DNA of 64,000 bases from Candidatus Dojkabacteria bacterium (GTDB taxonomy: Bacteria > Patescibacteriota > Dojkabacteria > SC72): positions 8,806 through 72,805 of the forward strand of contig JACPFP010000003.1 of NCBI GenBank assembly GCA_016182915.1, read 5' to 3'. Below, in pieces: positions 1 to 10,168 of the stretch. Position 1 is the stretch's first letter; each line of letters opens with the position of its first letter. The translations under genes were made by a program, and so were the position numbers. The notes under the pieces were generated by a model. It saw only the letters and a program-made list of their open reading frames with translations, was not told the DNA's origin and ran no database searches.

Positions 1-1
1 C

Positions 2-1153
2 AATAATATTGCATATCTTGATATAAGCCAAGGGAGTGAAGCAGACAATCCTAAATCTCTTGTTATTTACAATACTGAAACCAAAGAGAAACAAACTGCT
101 TTTCCCAAATTAAACTTTGCAAAGGATACTTCAATCTCAATTGGGAAATGGTCTCCTTCTGGGCAGTATCTGCCAATAGTAACCAGTTCCTTTATCAACG
201 GTAGCTATCAGGAAGGTGAAAGCTATTTCTTTTTCTATGATTCTGCAACAAAAGACTTAATTCAAGCTATACATGTTCCTCACAATAATACCCTTGAAAA
301 CAGATGGATGGATACTGGATACTTGGAAACAACAGGGAGTTGGATAAATGAAACCGACTTTTTAATCAGTATGGAACCGAAAGAGACAAGTACATACTCG
401 GAGCTGAGTATTAAGTACCTTAATGTCTCAGGTGAGCTAAAAGAATATAGCGTAACGGCAGATACAAATAGTCCTGTAAAGAAGGGTATTCAGAATTTAT
501 ATAAGAGTAATGTATCTTCTTTTAAAAGTAGAAGTACGGGGACTTCAGTAAGCTACTATGATTTTAAGTATAGGAATATAAGTTACAAACTTCTATCCAG
601 CGAAGATGAACCGAAGGGAGTTTTAAACGGTAATCTTATAACCCTATATACACCAAAAGGTATAAATCTTTTATCTGACTCTGCTGAGCTTGATCAAATT
701 GAAGGTGAAACCCCAGAGGAACAACTTACAAGAGCTATTGATCTTCTCTATCCAAAAGGTAAAGATACTTTGATATTTTCAGATATAGATGGGAAGAGGG
801 TTAAAGAGATTGCATTACCATATGAAGAGTGGAGAAGTGATGAGGTTATCGTTAACGATGATGAAAACTATATAATAGCTCATCAATCTGAACGGACAAT
901 CTCACCTACCAAGGTCAGGTACCTTAAAGTATCAGAAGATGGAACTGTTGAGATTCTATATGAGGGAATTCCATCTACTCTAATTCTTGAGCCAAGAATT
1001 AGGCTCTCACAAAACCGGGATTCTCTTCTCGTTCCTACTGGACCATCGAGCTACTCATTTATTAATCTTGTAACTAAAGCAAACTCCGTAATATGCGAGA
1101 AGTGTACAAACCTTCAGATAAACAATCCATGGATTAGTAGGATAGTATATTAA
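2..1153 (+). CDS. Partial (5'-truncated) hypothetical protein, TolB/WD40-like beta-propeller
   Basis: The frame of ORF 308..1153 is open back to base 2 and includes WSPSGQYLPIV, a PD40/TolB-like motif. Confidence 0.6.
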   Translation, partial: NNIAYLDISQGSEADNPKSLVIYNTETKEKQTAFPKLNFAKDTSISIGKWSPSGQYLPIVTSSFINGSYQEGESYFFFYDSATKDLIQAIHVPHNNTLENRWMDTGYLETTGSWINETDFLISMEPKETSTYSELSIKYLNVSGELKEYSVTADTNSPVKKGIQNLYKSNVSSFKSRSTGTSVSYYDFKYRNISYKLLSSEDEPKGVLNGNLITLYTPKGINLLSDSAELDQIEGETPEEQLTRAIDLLYPKGKDTLIFSDIDGKRVKEIALPYEEWRSDEVIVNDDENYIIAHQSERTISPTKVRYLKVSEDGTVEILYEGIPSTLILEPRIRLSQNRDSLLVPTGPSSYSFINLVTKANSVICEKCTNLQINNPWISRIVY

Positions 1154-1224
1154 GGTAAGTTCGATATTGATTGTAAAAGCCAACATTTTCTTACCATGTT
1201 ATCCAATCTCCCCTTTTAGCTTAG

Positions 1225-1233
1225 TGATATAAT
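1225..1233 (+). promoter_or_regulatory. Extended -10 promoter (TGATATAAT), probably leaderless
   Basis: TGn-TATAAT ends 6 nt before ATG 1240; no SD. Confidence 0.6.
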
Positions 1234-1239
1234 CCAACT

Positions 1240-1902
1240 ATGAAAATACTATTAGTTGAAGATGAGATAGCTTTAAGAAAACCTGTAAAGCGATATTTAG
1301 AAGGAAAGAAGTTTGAAGTAGATGAGGCAGGAGACGGCAACCAGGTTCTAGAGCTCGTTTCCCTCAATGAATACGATTGTATCCTGCTTGATTTAAATAT
1401 TCCCGAAATTGATGGAATTGAAGTTTGTAAAAGACTAAGAACCGATGGAAACCCAACTCCGGTAATTATGCTCACTGCAAGATCCCAAATGTATGACAAG
1501 TTAGAAGGTCTCGATTGCGGTGCCGATGACTACATAACCAAACCCTTTAATCTAAAAGAGGTTGTTGCAAGGATTAATTCTGTAATTAGAAGAAACAGCC
1601 TAAATAAAACAGTTACGCTCACTCTTGAAGATTGGGAGATAAATGAAGGTAATAATACCGCTAGAAACAGCAAGACACAGAAAACGATTGAGCTAAGCAA
1701 TAAAGAAATTGGTATCCTCATCTTTCTAATTCGAAACAAGGGATCCATTGTATCCCCAGAGATACTGCTGGAACATGTGTGGGACAGCCAAATAAATGGT
1801 TTCAGTGATACGGTCAAAACACATATTAAAACTTTAAGAAAGAAAATTGATCCCAATAAAACTTTAATAAGAACAGTCAAAGGTAAGGGATACATAGTTT
1901 GA
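1240..1902 (+). CDS. OmpR/PhoB-family response regulator
   Basis: ILLVEDE, LLDLNIP phosphoacceptor, GADDYITKPF, C-terminal wHTH (VKTHIKTLRKK, IRTVKGKGY). Confidence 0.96.
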   Translation: MKILLVEDEIALRKPVKRYLEGKKFEVDEAGDGNQVLELVSLNEYDCILLDLNIPEIDGIEVCKRLRTDGNPTPVIMLTARSQMYDKLEGLDCGADDYITKPFNLKEVVARINSVIRRNSLNKTVTLTLEDWEINEGNNTARNSKTQKTIELSNKEIGILIFLIRNKGSIVSPEILLEHVWDSQINGFSDTVKTHIKTLRKKIDPNKTLIRTVKGKGYIV

Positions 1903-1905
1903 AAC

Positions 1906-1921
1906 TTCACAAACAGTTCAC
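1906..1921 (+). promoter_or_regulatory. Candidate OmpR-family binding site TTCAC-N6-TTCAC
   Basis: Direct repeat with 11-bp period upstream of the ABC ATPase gene. Confidence 0.45.
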
Positions 1922-1964
1922 CTTGGTGTGATATATGTAAGATATTAATATAAATCTCTTACAT

Positions 1965-2669
1965 ATGGATAAATCAGAAAAGATACTTGAGATTGTTGAT
2001 TTGAGCAAGAAGTACAAAGAGTACAGCAGTGAGGTTGTGGCTCTGGATTCCGTTTCTTTCTCCCTGAAAAATGGTGAGGACGTAGCAATTCTTGGCCCCT
2101 CAGGATCGGGTAAAACTACCCTCCTCCAGCTCTCAGGGGGACTAGATAAATCAACTTCTGGTGAAGTAATTGTTGATGGGGTTAATATCAATAACTTAAG
2201 TGATAGAGAGCTCTCGGCATTTAGAAATAAAAGAATGGGATTCATATTTCAGATGATAAACCTTCACGACTTCTTTACCGCCAAAGAAAATATAATGGTT
2301 CCGATGCTAATTAATAACGTAAGTAATAGAGAGGCTGGCCTAAGAGCTATGGAACTACTTAAGAAGATGGGGATGGAAAACAGAGCTAACCACCTTCCAA
2401 AGCAGCTATCCGGAGGTGAACAACAACGAGTTGCAGTTGCAAGAGCGTTGGCAAATAATCCCCAAATTGTTTTCGCCGATGAGCCTACAGGTAAATTAGA
2501 TAAGAAGAATTCAGAACTAATTGTTGAACTTCTTGAGGATATCTCCCATGAGCGAGGAACTAGTGTCGTAATGATTACCCATGATGAGAATATTGCAAAA
2601 AGATTTTCCCGAATTATAAAAATGAATGGTGGGAAACTTGTATCTGATATTACTTTAAAAAATAAATAG
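1965..2669 (+). CDS. ABC transporter ATP-binding protein (LolD/MacB type)
   Basis: GPSGSGKT, LSGGEQQRVAVARA, FADEPTG, ITHD. Confidence 0.96.
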   Translation: MDKSEKILEIVDLSKKYKEYSSEVVALDSVSFSLKNGEDVAILGPSGSGKTTLLQLSGGLDKSTSGEVIVDGVNINNLSDRELSAFRNKRMGFIFQMINLHDFFTAKENIMVPMLINNVSNREAGLRAMELLKKMGMENRANHLPKQLSGGEQQRVAVARALANNPQIVFADEPTGKLDKKNSELIVELLEDISHERGTSVVMITHDENIAKRFSRIIKMNGGKLVSDITLKNK

Positions 2670-2670
2670 T

Positions 2671-4515
2671 ATGAAAATAACAGAAATATTACGTATAAAC
2701 TCAAAGAAACTAAAAAAGAAGTTTGGTAAATCACTCTTCTTAATTATTCCAGTTACCATACTGATGGCTCTAAGTGTAGTTATCGGTAGTCAGGTTGAGA
2801 ATATTAAAGGGGCAATAGAAGGAACAGTCTTTGATACAATTTCAAACCAATATAGATTAATTCAGATTGCAATCCAGGAGAAGGAATTCGATCCAAGAAG
2901 CTTCCTACAGGGTAGTACAGATGATAGTAGTACTCAAACTAAGTATTCAGAATCTGATGTCGAAACTATATCTGCAATCGATGGTGTTCAATCTGCTTCC
3001 CTTCTCTCTTCTATTCCGATAAGGAATATTAAAACTACAGACCTGGTAAAAGAGAAGGCAATCTCATTTTCACAGCTGTATGCTTTAGATTCCTCAACGG
3101 CTTCCTTGTATACCGATTCCGATTTTACATATGAAGAAGGTAAGGAGATACCAATAATCTTAAATACAAGCTCGCTTATACATAGATATGAGGATTGGAA
3201 TGGAAAGGATAAGGTGTCTTTTGATATGAGCAAAGCCTTCTCAGAACCAAACTCTGAAGGACCAGCAAGACTCTCAATAAATAAGGAGGAGGCTATTGCA
3301 CTAACAAAAGAGGACCTTATAGGTAAAACCTTTACCCTCTCTTTTGGAGGACTTGATGATATTCAAGACTATACTGTTACCAGGGATGGAACATCGATAA
3401 CCTTCAATAAGCTAACTACAGATGAGTACAATAAGAAGGTTGAAGATAGAAAAGCTTCTATTGCTAAGTATTGGGACTATTCTAAAATATCTAAACCTGC
3501 AACCTATACTTTCAAAGTTGTAGGGGTTATAGAGGATAGTACAAACCAGATTAACTACGTTCCTGACGAATTCGCTAATGCTGTTATCAAAGACTACGTA
3601 AGTAATGAGATTAATGCTCGAGTGAAGAGTATTGATAACGACCTTCTTAATTCTGATTACTTAGGATTTACCTATAATGGTGATGAATTCTCAAATGGCG
3701 GTGGAAGTATAATTGGACAGATAGGAAAAAGGTTCGAAGGTGCAGTTCATATTGCAGGTGAAGAAAGACCAAGAGTTGGAGGTGGCTTTGTTGGGTCAAT
3801 TGATTTTAAAGCGGAGGATGTTAACTTTAGTGCCATTACAATCCCTGGACTTGTAATCCTTGTTGATTCTTCAAATAAAGTTACAGGGGTAAATACAGAT
3901 CCAGATATCTATACTAAGGCAAATAAATATGGTGATAAAATGAATATTGTCCTTGTTGACTCAACAAAGAGGGAAAGTGTAATCGCTAAGCTTAACAAAG
4001 CAGGATTTTCATATCAGGATAATAATCAGGTTGAAGTCCTTTCAAAGCTTCAATCAAGTCTTGGTAGTCTTGCACAGTGGTTTATGATTGCCTTCGTTGT
4101 TCTTCTTGCCTCAGTTATAGTACTTACAATGAGTAAGTTTATCTCCGAAGCAATTAAAGAAATTGGTATATTTAGAGCCCTTGGTATGACTGAGATAAAT
4201 ATACTTGTGATGTTTATAACGCAAACTATCATGTACGTCCTTACAGGATATATATTCGGTGTTGCCTTAGGCTATGTTCTAAACCAAGTAACAGGAGTGT
4301 TTGTTAATACATGGTTTATCCAATTTATTAAGGATACTGTATCTCAATCGTATAGTGTGGTATCAACCGTAGATTCTACCCTCTTTATGAATACTAATTG
4401 GGGGAACATACTAATATATACAGCGGTATTATTTGCGATTTCTCTAATAATATCTATAATCCCAAGTATGAGTGCAGCTAAGGTCTCACCTGTGGAAGCA
4501 ATTAAAAGTGAATAA
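2671..4515 (+). CDS. ABC transporter permease (MacB/FtsX family)
   Basis: N-terminal TM, large extracytoplasmic domain, KEIGIFRALG, three C-terminal TMs, SPVEAIK end. Confidence 0.9.
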   Translation: MKITEILRINSKKLKKKFGKSLFLIIPVTILMALSVVIGSQVENIKGAIEGTVFDTISNQYRLIQIAIQEKEFDPRSFLQGSTDDSSTQTKYSESDVETISAIDGVQSASLLSSIPIRNIKTTDLVKEKAISFSQLYALDSSTASLYTDSDFTYEEGKEIPIILNTSSLIHRYEDWNGKDKVSFDMSKAFSEPNSEGPARLSINKEEAIALTKEDLIGKTFTLSFGGLDDIQDYTVTRDGTSITFNKLTTDEYNKKVEDRKASIAKYWDYSKISKPATYTFKVVGVIEDSTNQINYVPDEFANAVIKDYVSNEINARVKSIDNDLLNSDYLGFTYNGDEFSNGGGSIIGQIGKRFEGAVHIAGEERPRVGGGFVGSIDFKAEDVNFSAITIPGLVILVDSSNKVTGVNTDPDIYTKANKYGDKMNIVLVDSTKRESVIAKLNKAGFSYQDNNQVEVLSKLQSSLGSLAQWFMIAFVVLLASVIVLTMSKFISEAIKEIGIFRALGMTEINILVMFITQTIMYVLTGYIFGVALGYVLNQVTGVFVNTWFIQFIKDTVSQSYSVVSTVDSTLFMNTNWGNILIYTAVLFAISLIISIIPSMSAAKVSPVEAIKSE

Positions 4516-4520
4516 TTGAA

Positions 4521-5636
4521 ATGGAGATATTCAAGTCCTTAAAATTTAAACTAACCCTTGTTTACTCAGTTATCCTAATCATGTTCTGTGGCTCTTTTAT
4601 ATTCACATTTAACTTGGCTTTGTCTCGGGTTATTGTTCCAAAGGCTCCTCCAAGTAATGCCTTTATAGTTAGGTTTAGCCAGTTTTCAGATAGGGACTAT
4701 GAAATTGTAAAGCTGTCGCGTGAACATGATTTAGAGCAGATTAGGCGAGTGTCTCTGTACTCCCTAATCCCTCTAACCCTTCTTAGTTTTGTAGCCGGAT
4801 ATGCAATTTCTGATATTCTTCTAAAACCCATTGAAAACCTTAACGAACAGATTAAGCGTAAAACAACTAGGAATCTAGGTGAAAAGATTGAGTATGAAGA
4901 TAACGGGGATGAAGTATCTCAACTGACACAGAGTTTTAATACGATGTCTTCCAGGCTTGCCAGTTCTTTTGAGAAGCAGAAAGAGTTTGTACAGAATGCA
5001 TCCCATGAGATTAAAACCCCTCTAGCAATTATTAATGCTAATTTAGATAATGCACTGGAATATAGGGAGCTAAAGAGAGGTGAATTAGAAAAGATCCTTA
5101 TGGACTCAAAAACTTCGGTTGAATTTATGAGCAAGCTTACGGAAGACCTTCTTCTTCTTTCTTTTGTAGATAATGATATTAAGTTTGAAAAAATCTCCCT
5201 TAATAAAACGTTAGATAACGCTATCGAAATATCAAGTCGTTTAATTAAGAGGGATGGATTTAAGATTGATTTCCGTAGGGGTAAAGATATAACAATAAAC
5301 GGGAATCCAACGCTAGTAACTAGAGCATTCCAGAATATTATAGAGAACTCTATTAAGTACTCTAACGGTTCTCATATCTCAATTGAACATTCAAAGGGGG
5401 ATAAAGAAGTTGTTGTTATATTAGAGGATGACGGTAATGGAATTAGTCAGAAGTATAAGGAGAAGATATTTGAAAGATTCTTTAGAGTGGATAGATCCAG
5501 GTCGAGGAAAACAGGGGGAACAGGTTTAGGCTTAGCTATCTCAAAAGAGATATTTCAGAAACATGGAGGTGATATTACATTAGAAGAGAGCAGTAAGGGA
5601 GCAAAATTCAGTGTGGTACTGCCTATAATCAGTTAG
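4521..5636 (+). CDS. HAMP-domain sensor histidine kinase
   Basis: Two TMs, HAMP, H-box ASHEIKTPL, N-box NIIENSIKY, DDGNGI, GGTGLGL. Confidence 0.96.
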   Translation: MEIFKSLKFKLTLVYSVILIMFCGSFIFTFNLALSRVIVPKAPPSNAFIVRFSQFSDRDYEIVKLSREHDLEQIRRVSLYSLIPLTLLSFVAGYAISDILLKPIENLNEQIKRKTTRNLGEKIEYEDNGDEVSQLTQSFNTMSSRLASSFEKQKEFVQNASHEIKTPLAIINANLDNALEYRELKRGELEKILMDSKTSVEFMSKLTEDLLLLSFVDNDIKFEKISLNKTLDNAIEISSRLIKRDGFKIDFRRGKDITINGNPTLVTRAFQNIIENSIKYSNGSHISIEHSKGDKEVVVILEDDGNGISQKYKEKIFERFFRVDRSRSRKTGGTGLGLAISKEIFQKHGGDITLEESSKGAKFSVVLPIIS

Positions 5637-5720
5637 AAGATTGTCGAATTCCTCATAACTTTTTTTCCTATATTACTCAATTTGTAAAATCAACAGTTAA
5701 ACGATATAGTGAAAATTGTA

Positions 5721-6230
5721 ATGAACTCTGAAAATCTTAAACAGATATATAAAAACAACATTAGTTCACTATATAAGTTCTTCTTTTTCAAAACCCTAAA
5801 TAGGGATATAGCTGAAGACTTAACAAGTGAGACCTTTCTAATCCTTGCAAAACAGAACAATGAGATTGAGATAGAATCCGTAGATGCATATTTAAAAGGT
5901 ATCGCCAGAAATGTCTTTAACTCATACTTAAGAAGAAAGTATAAATCACCCGAAGTATCTGTTAATAATGAAAGATTTGAGGATATTTCAGAGAAGGAAG
6001 AAGCTGATGATAACGGACATGATTACACAGCTATGCTTTCAAAACTCCTTCCATACTTCCCTAATAGCCAACGTATAGTAATGGAACTTCGATTTATACA
6101 GAAACTTTCGATACAAGAGATTGCTAAGAAACTTGGAAAGAACGAAAATTATGTAAGTACAACTCAAAAAAGAGCTTTTAAGACACTACGGAAGATACTA
6201 AGTGTACAGAAGAAACAACTAATATTATAG
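5721..6230 (+). CDS. ECF sigma-70 factor
   Basis: Region 2 (AEDLTSETFL) and region 4 (LSIQEIAKKLG); alternative GTG start at 5709. Confidence 0.88.
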   Translation: MNSENLKQIYKNNISSLYKFFFFKTLNRDIAEDLTSETFLILAKQNNEIEIESVDAYLKGIARNVFNSYLRRKYKSPEVSVNNERFEDISEKEEADDNGHDYTAMLSKLLPYFPNSQRIVMELRFIQKLSIQEIAKKLGKNENYVSTTQKRAFKTLRKILSVQKKQLIL

Positions 6231-6240
6231 AGGAACAATT

Positions 6241-8061
6241 ATGAGAAACGATGAGCAAACCCTTAAAAATATATTTGAAGAGTCTGCAGCTCCAAATAGA
6301 GCCTTTGTTAAAGGGCTTGAAAAAAGGGTTATATCTGAGTTTCAAAATGATACACCTCATAATAATTTTATTTCCCAACTATTTATGAAAATACCGTCAA
6401 ACCCCCTTAAGTTTGGGGTGTTAACCCTTGGGGCAATACTCTTTGTCGGCGTATCGGGAGGTGCATCGTACTATGCGTACGATACATATATTCGAACTCC
6501 AGCAGAGAAAAAAGAGCAGAATATTCTTGCTCAGATTGCCTTACGTAATCCATCTGGAAATTCTAGTGCCTATGATATGGCAAAATCAGCCAGCGCTACA
6601 ACTGAGAGTACAGATATGATGCTAGCCCCTGAAGCAATGAATAGAGATTATAACTATCGAAAGACCACTACAACATATAATGAAGGACCAAGCGCTTCAA
6701 AGTGTAGGATAGCGCTCCCTTATCAGGGCGGTGTTACAAAAGATGAAACATATCAGTACTTTATAGATGAAAAAGAGTGGGTTGCTACATATTCTAAATA
6801 TACTGTCTATATTGGTGACGACATCTATGATTACAATTTAAATGTAAAGGATGAACAGTGGTCATACAAAGGGGGACAGTATGCAGTTCATACTACTAAT
6901 GTAGAAAAGATAGCTAACCTATTGGAAAGTGAATCCGTTGATTCAGGCGCAACCGGTACTGTTAATGATGCTCCTGTTATCAAGGATGAAGAGCCAACAA
7001 CCATTGCAGATCCTGGGATTGCGCGATTTGGAGATGATGCTAAGATTATAGATACTGTTACTAGAGATGGTCGTGAGTACTACAAGATTCAGTGGAGCTA
7101 CAATATCGGTTGTAGTGAAATAACTGACAAAGATACTGTTTCCTTGGATATGGATACTAAATCAGTAACCGTAGCTTTAGCAGATGCTAAAACATATGAA
7201 ATTGTAGAAGAATCTATCTTCCTTACAAATACTGATGAAAGTAACAGGTTGTACACAAGAAATACTGAAGATACTACTAAGACAGTCGATCTAAGTGAGG
7301 TACAGAGTAATTTCAAATTTTCTTTCAGTGTACCTGTAAAGACATATGATGTCTCTAAATACGATTATACTAAGGCAGTAATCGATTACTTGAAACAGAA
7401 TAATTTAGATGTTCTCAAGGTGAACTCAACTGGGTATGAGCTAGAATCAGTAAGTAGTGCCTATGTTAGCGTAGTTCCTGATTATCAGAAGAACTTAATC
7501 GATCGTGCATTCTATTCATCTAAACCATACGGTGAAAAGTTGTATAACGAATCTAAGGATATGTTTGCACCTTACATAGATGATGAGAGTTTGAATGCCG
7601 CATTACAACTGTCCTACTCTAAAGAAGGAGCAACTGATTATTCATGGATAGCACTCTCTGAATATAGTAAAGAGTATAGTGATTCGGCTCTTTTGAAAGC
7701 CATGTACTATGATAGTGGATATGCTGAGAACAAAGGAACGGTTAACCTTTTTATCGATGGTAAGGACGTTAGCGCCACTGTCTATTCACTAAAGGAAGAA
7801 ACTCTCGAGCAGCCAGGTTCTGGTGACGATCCTAATGTATCCCCAGAGACTTTGGAAAAATCAAGTGTCAGAGATTATCTAGTATTATTTACATATGAAA
7901 ATAGAAGCTATGTATTACAAACAAATGCTTCCACTTCAAAGCCTATTTCTGAACTAGGAAGTCTTATAAAGTTTAGTAGTGTATCAAGTACAGACACTAC
8001 TACCCTATCTGTGGCTTTAACTTCAAAGGTTGGTGTAGCAACAGATCTCATTTTGAAGTAA
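6241..8061 (+). CDS. Putative anti-sigma factor with large extracytoplasmic domain
   Basis: Directly after the ECF gene; short cytoplasmic N-terminus (PNRAFVKGLEKRV), one TM, about 520-aa external domain. Confidence 0.55.
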   Translation: MRNDEQTLKNIFEESAAPNRAFVKGLEKRVISEFQNDTPHNNFISQLFMKIPSNPLKFGVLTLGAILFVGVSGGASYYAYDTYIRTPAEKKEQNILAQIALRNPSGNSSAYDMAKSASATTESTDMMLAPEAMNRDYNYRKTTTTYNEGPSASKCRIALPYQGGVTKDETYQYFIDEKEWVATYSKYTVYIGDDIYDYNLNVKDEQWSYKGGQYAVHTTNVEKIANLLESESVDSGATGTVNDAPVIKDEEPTTIADPGIARFGDDAKIIDTVTRDGREYYKIQWSYNIGCSEITDKDTVSLDMDTKSVTVALADAKTYEIVEESIFLTNTDESNRLYTRNTEDTTKTVDLSEVQSNFKFSFSVPVKTYDVSKYDYTKAVIDYLKQNNLDVLKVNSTGYELESVSSAYVSVVPDYQKNLIDRAFYSSKPYGEKLYNESKDMFAPYIDDESLNAALQLSYSKEGATDYSWIALSEYSKEYSDSALLKAMYYDSGYAENKGTVNLFIDGKDVSATVYSLKEETLEQPGSGDDPNVSPETLEKSSVRDYLVLFTYENRSYVLQTNASTSKPISELGSLIKFSSVSSTDTTTLSVALTSKVGVATDLILK

Positions 8062-8077
8062 CTTCGGCTATGGTTAC

Positions 8078-8108
8078 AATGGTGCTCTTGAATTTCAGGA
8101 GCACCATT
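8078..8108. terminator. Hairpin between convergent genes (bidirectional terminator)
   Basis: AATGGTGCTCTTGA / TCAGGAGCACCATT inverted repeat. Confidence 0.7.
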
Positions 8109-8116
8109 AATAGGTG

Positions 8117-8542
8117 TTAGGAGTTATTGAATCTTCTCTTTGCTTCTTCAAAAGAAACTTTAATTATCTCTTTAAGTACATCAATATTTATATCGCTCAA
8201 TCTTTTTACATATAGACATCCTACACTCGTTTTATTCTTCCCTAATTTTTTAAGAAGATCGTCTAAAACTCCGAAGCTAGGCATTACATATAGTGTTAGG
8301 TTATCTTTTCTTGGTGAGAATCCCGTAAGTGGCCAATCGCCTTCCTGACGGCTTCTCTCGGATTTATAGTGATACTGTCCAAAGCCAATGATACTGCTTC
8401 CCCACATCTTCGCTTTCACCTTCGTTATGCTCTCAAATATTTTCAGTAGTTCTAATGAGTCTTTCTTCATCTGTTCATCTTTAACAGTATTTATGAAATC
8501 CTTTACACTTGCATCATTAACTTTTGTTTTTAACTCTGTCAT
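8117..8542 (-). CDS. DUF1801 (YdhG-like) protein
   Basis: MWGSSIIGFGQYHYK, GFSPRK, GCLYVKRL. Confidence 0.88.
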   Translation of the reverse strand: MTELKTKVNDASVKDFINTVKDEQMKKDSLELLKIFESITKVKAKMWGSSIIGFGQYHYKSERSRQEGDWPLTGFSPRKDNLTLYVMPSFGVLDDLLKKLGKNKTSVGCLYVKRLSDINIDVLKEIIKVSFEEAKRRFNNS

Positions 8543-8623
8543 AGTTTAATAATCATATTGTTTATATCTACATTCTATCAAAACTCCCGTTACTTAATAA
8601 TTGAGACTTGATATAATGTAAAT

Positions 8624-9193
8624 ATGAAAAAGAGCAAGAAAGAAGAAAAGATGCCTACTATTACTTTTAAGTCAGAGCTATTTAAAATTGGTTCGTGGAC
8701 ACTTCTTCGATTGCCTAAGAGTTCAAGTGAGAAACTTTCATCAAGAGGGTTGGCCATGACTGAAGGAACCATTAATGGCTTTAGATTTCAAACCGCTCTG
8801 GAACCAGATGGTAAAGGAAGCCATTGGTTTAAGGTTGATAAGGTAATGCGGGAAGCTGCTAAAGCCAAAGTTGGAGATACCGTTGAAGTAGTTTTAGAAC
8901 AATCAAGAGATTGGTCAGAACCAAAAGTACCATTAGATTTAAAGGAAGCTCTAGCTTCCGATTCCAAAGCATATGCTACATGGATTGATATAACTCCATT
9001 TGCTCGTTGGGAGTGGATTCGTTGGATAAGGGCTACAAAAAATCCTCAAACAAGGCAGAAACGTATTCTAGTTGCATGCTCAAAACTTAGATCAGGTGAT
9101 AGAAGGCCATGTTGCTTTAACAGTAGTCAGTGTACAGTACCATATGTATCCAATAATGGAATTCTTATGGAGCCAACGGCTTACTCTTCATAG
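8624..9193 (+). CDS. DUF1905 / YdeI-OmpD-associated family protein
   Basis: GTING..LEPDGKGSHW, VPLDLKEAL, WIRWI..TK..TRQKR. Confidence 0.85.
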   Translation: MKKSKKEEKMPTITFKSELFKIGSWTLLRLPKSSSEKLSSRGLAMTEGTINGFRFQTALEPDGKGSHWFKVDKVMREAAKAKVGDTVEVVLEQSRDWSEPKVPLDLKEALASDSKAYATWIDITPFARWEWIRWIRATKNPQTRQKRILVACSKLRSGDRRPCCFNSSQCTVPYVSNNGILMEPTAYSS

Positions 9194-9984
9194 AAATACT
9201 CAAAAACCATAGGTAAGTTGTATATTGGAAGTGGTATCCACTTTACCGGGTAGGCAGAAGTAAAGGATTGCTTCTGACTCTTATATATTGCAATTCCCCG
9301 GCTTTTAGTTATGCTTCCGCTTAATCCTACGAATATCTTCATATTAGGATATTTTCTCTTTTCTTTGAATTTAGGATCCTTTGCCATATGTTCTGGTAAG
9401 GAAGCCATATCAAGTACTCTCTTTGAATTAGATGCATACCATAGTTTAATATTCTTTTCTTTTGCAATCTTTGTAACTATTTCAGAGGTAACAATATGGT
9501 CTGGATGTCCATAGAGTCCGGCGAGATCGTATGTAATTATTAAATCAGGTTGATATGATTCAGTTATTTTAATGATTTCCTTCTCCAAATTATCTCTCTG
9601 CTTCTCCATTCCATTATCTTCAAAGTCATATTGCGTAAAAGTCTTAACATTAAGGAGTTTTGAAATCTTCTTTGCTTCTTCTGAACGTATTTCTTTTAAA
9701 TTAAGGTCAACATTACCATTTGGGGTTCCCTTCTCCCCTTTTGAAAGAATAACCCAGGTAATATTTCTATCCTTTGAGTACTTTTTTATAAATCCCCCCG
9801 TTGTAAGGATTTCATCATCAGGATGAGGGTAGATCACTAGTATATTATGAATGTCTTTTGGAAGAGATTTAGTAGGTACTGAAAAATCATTTATTATAAA
9901 GAAGATAGTAATCTCCAATAGAAGAAGGAGGATTATGAGTAAGGAGATTAAAAGTATTCCAAAGATAATATATTTATCTAACAT
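9181..9984 (-). CDS. PIG-L family deacetylase, membrane anchored
   Basis: PHPDDE and GHPDH motifs; N-terminal TM. Confidence 0.92.
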   Translation of the reverse strand: MLDKYIIFGILLISLLIILLLLLEITIFFIINDFSVPTKSLPKDIHNILVIYPHPDDEILTTGGFIKKYSKDRNITWVILSKGEKGTPNGNVDLNLKEIRSEEAKKISKLLNVKTFTQYDFEDNGMEKQRDNLEKEIIKITESYQPDLIITYDLAGLYGHPDHIVTSEIVTKIAKEKNIKLWYASNSKRVLDMASLPEHMAKDPKFKEKRKYPNMKIFVGLSGSITKSRGIAIYKSQKQSFTSAYPVKWIPLPIYNLPMVFEYFYEE

Positions 9985-10025
9985 AGAGCGATTGTAATAT
10001 AAAGAAAGGAAAAGATAAATCGCTA

Positions 10026-10047
10026 AATAGTACCTTAATAGTACCTT
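10026..10047. repeat. Perfect 11-bp tandem repeat (AATAGTACCTT)x2, candidate regulator box
   Basis: Seen directly in the divergent intergenic region. Confidence 0.6.
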
Positions 10048-10168
10048 AGAATGTCTATTGCATTCCTTTAATCTAAGAAATGGCTTTATATTGATATCTT
10101 CTGTATAATGGTAGTGTAAAAGATATCCCTCGATTCAATTCCTTTACGAATACTTAATCAGTATACTT

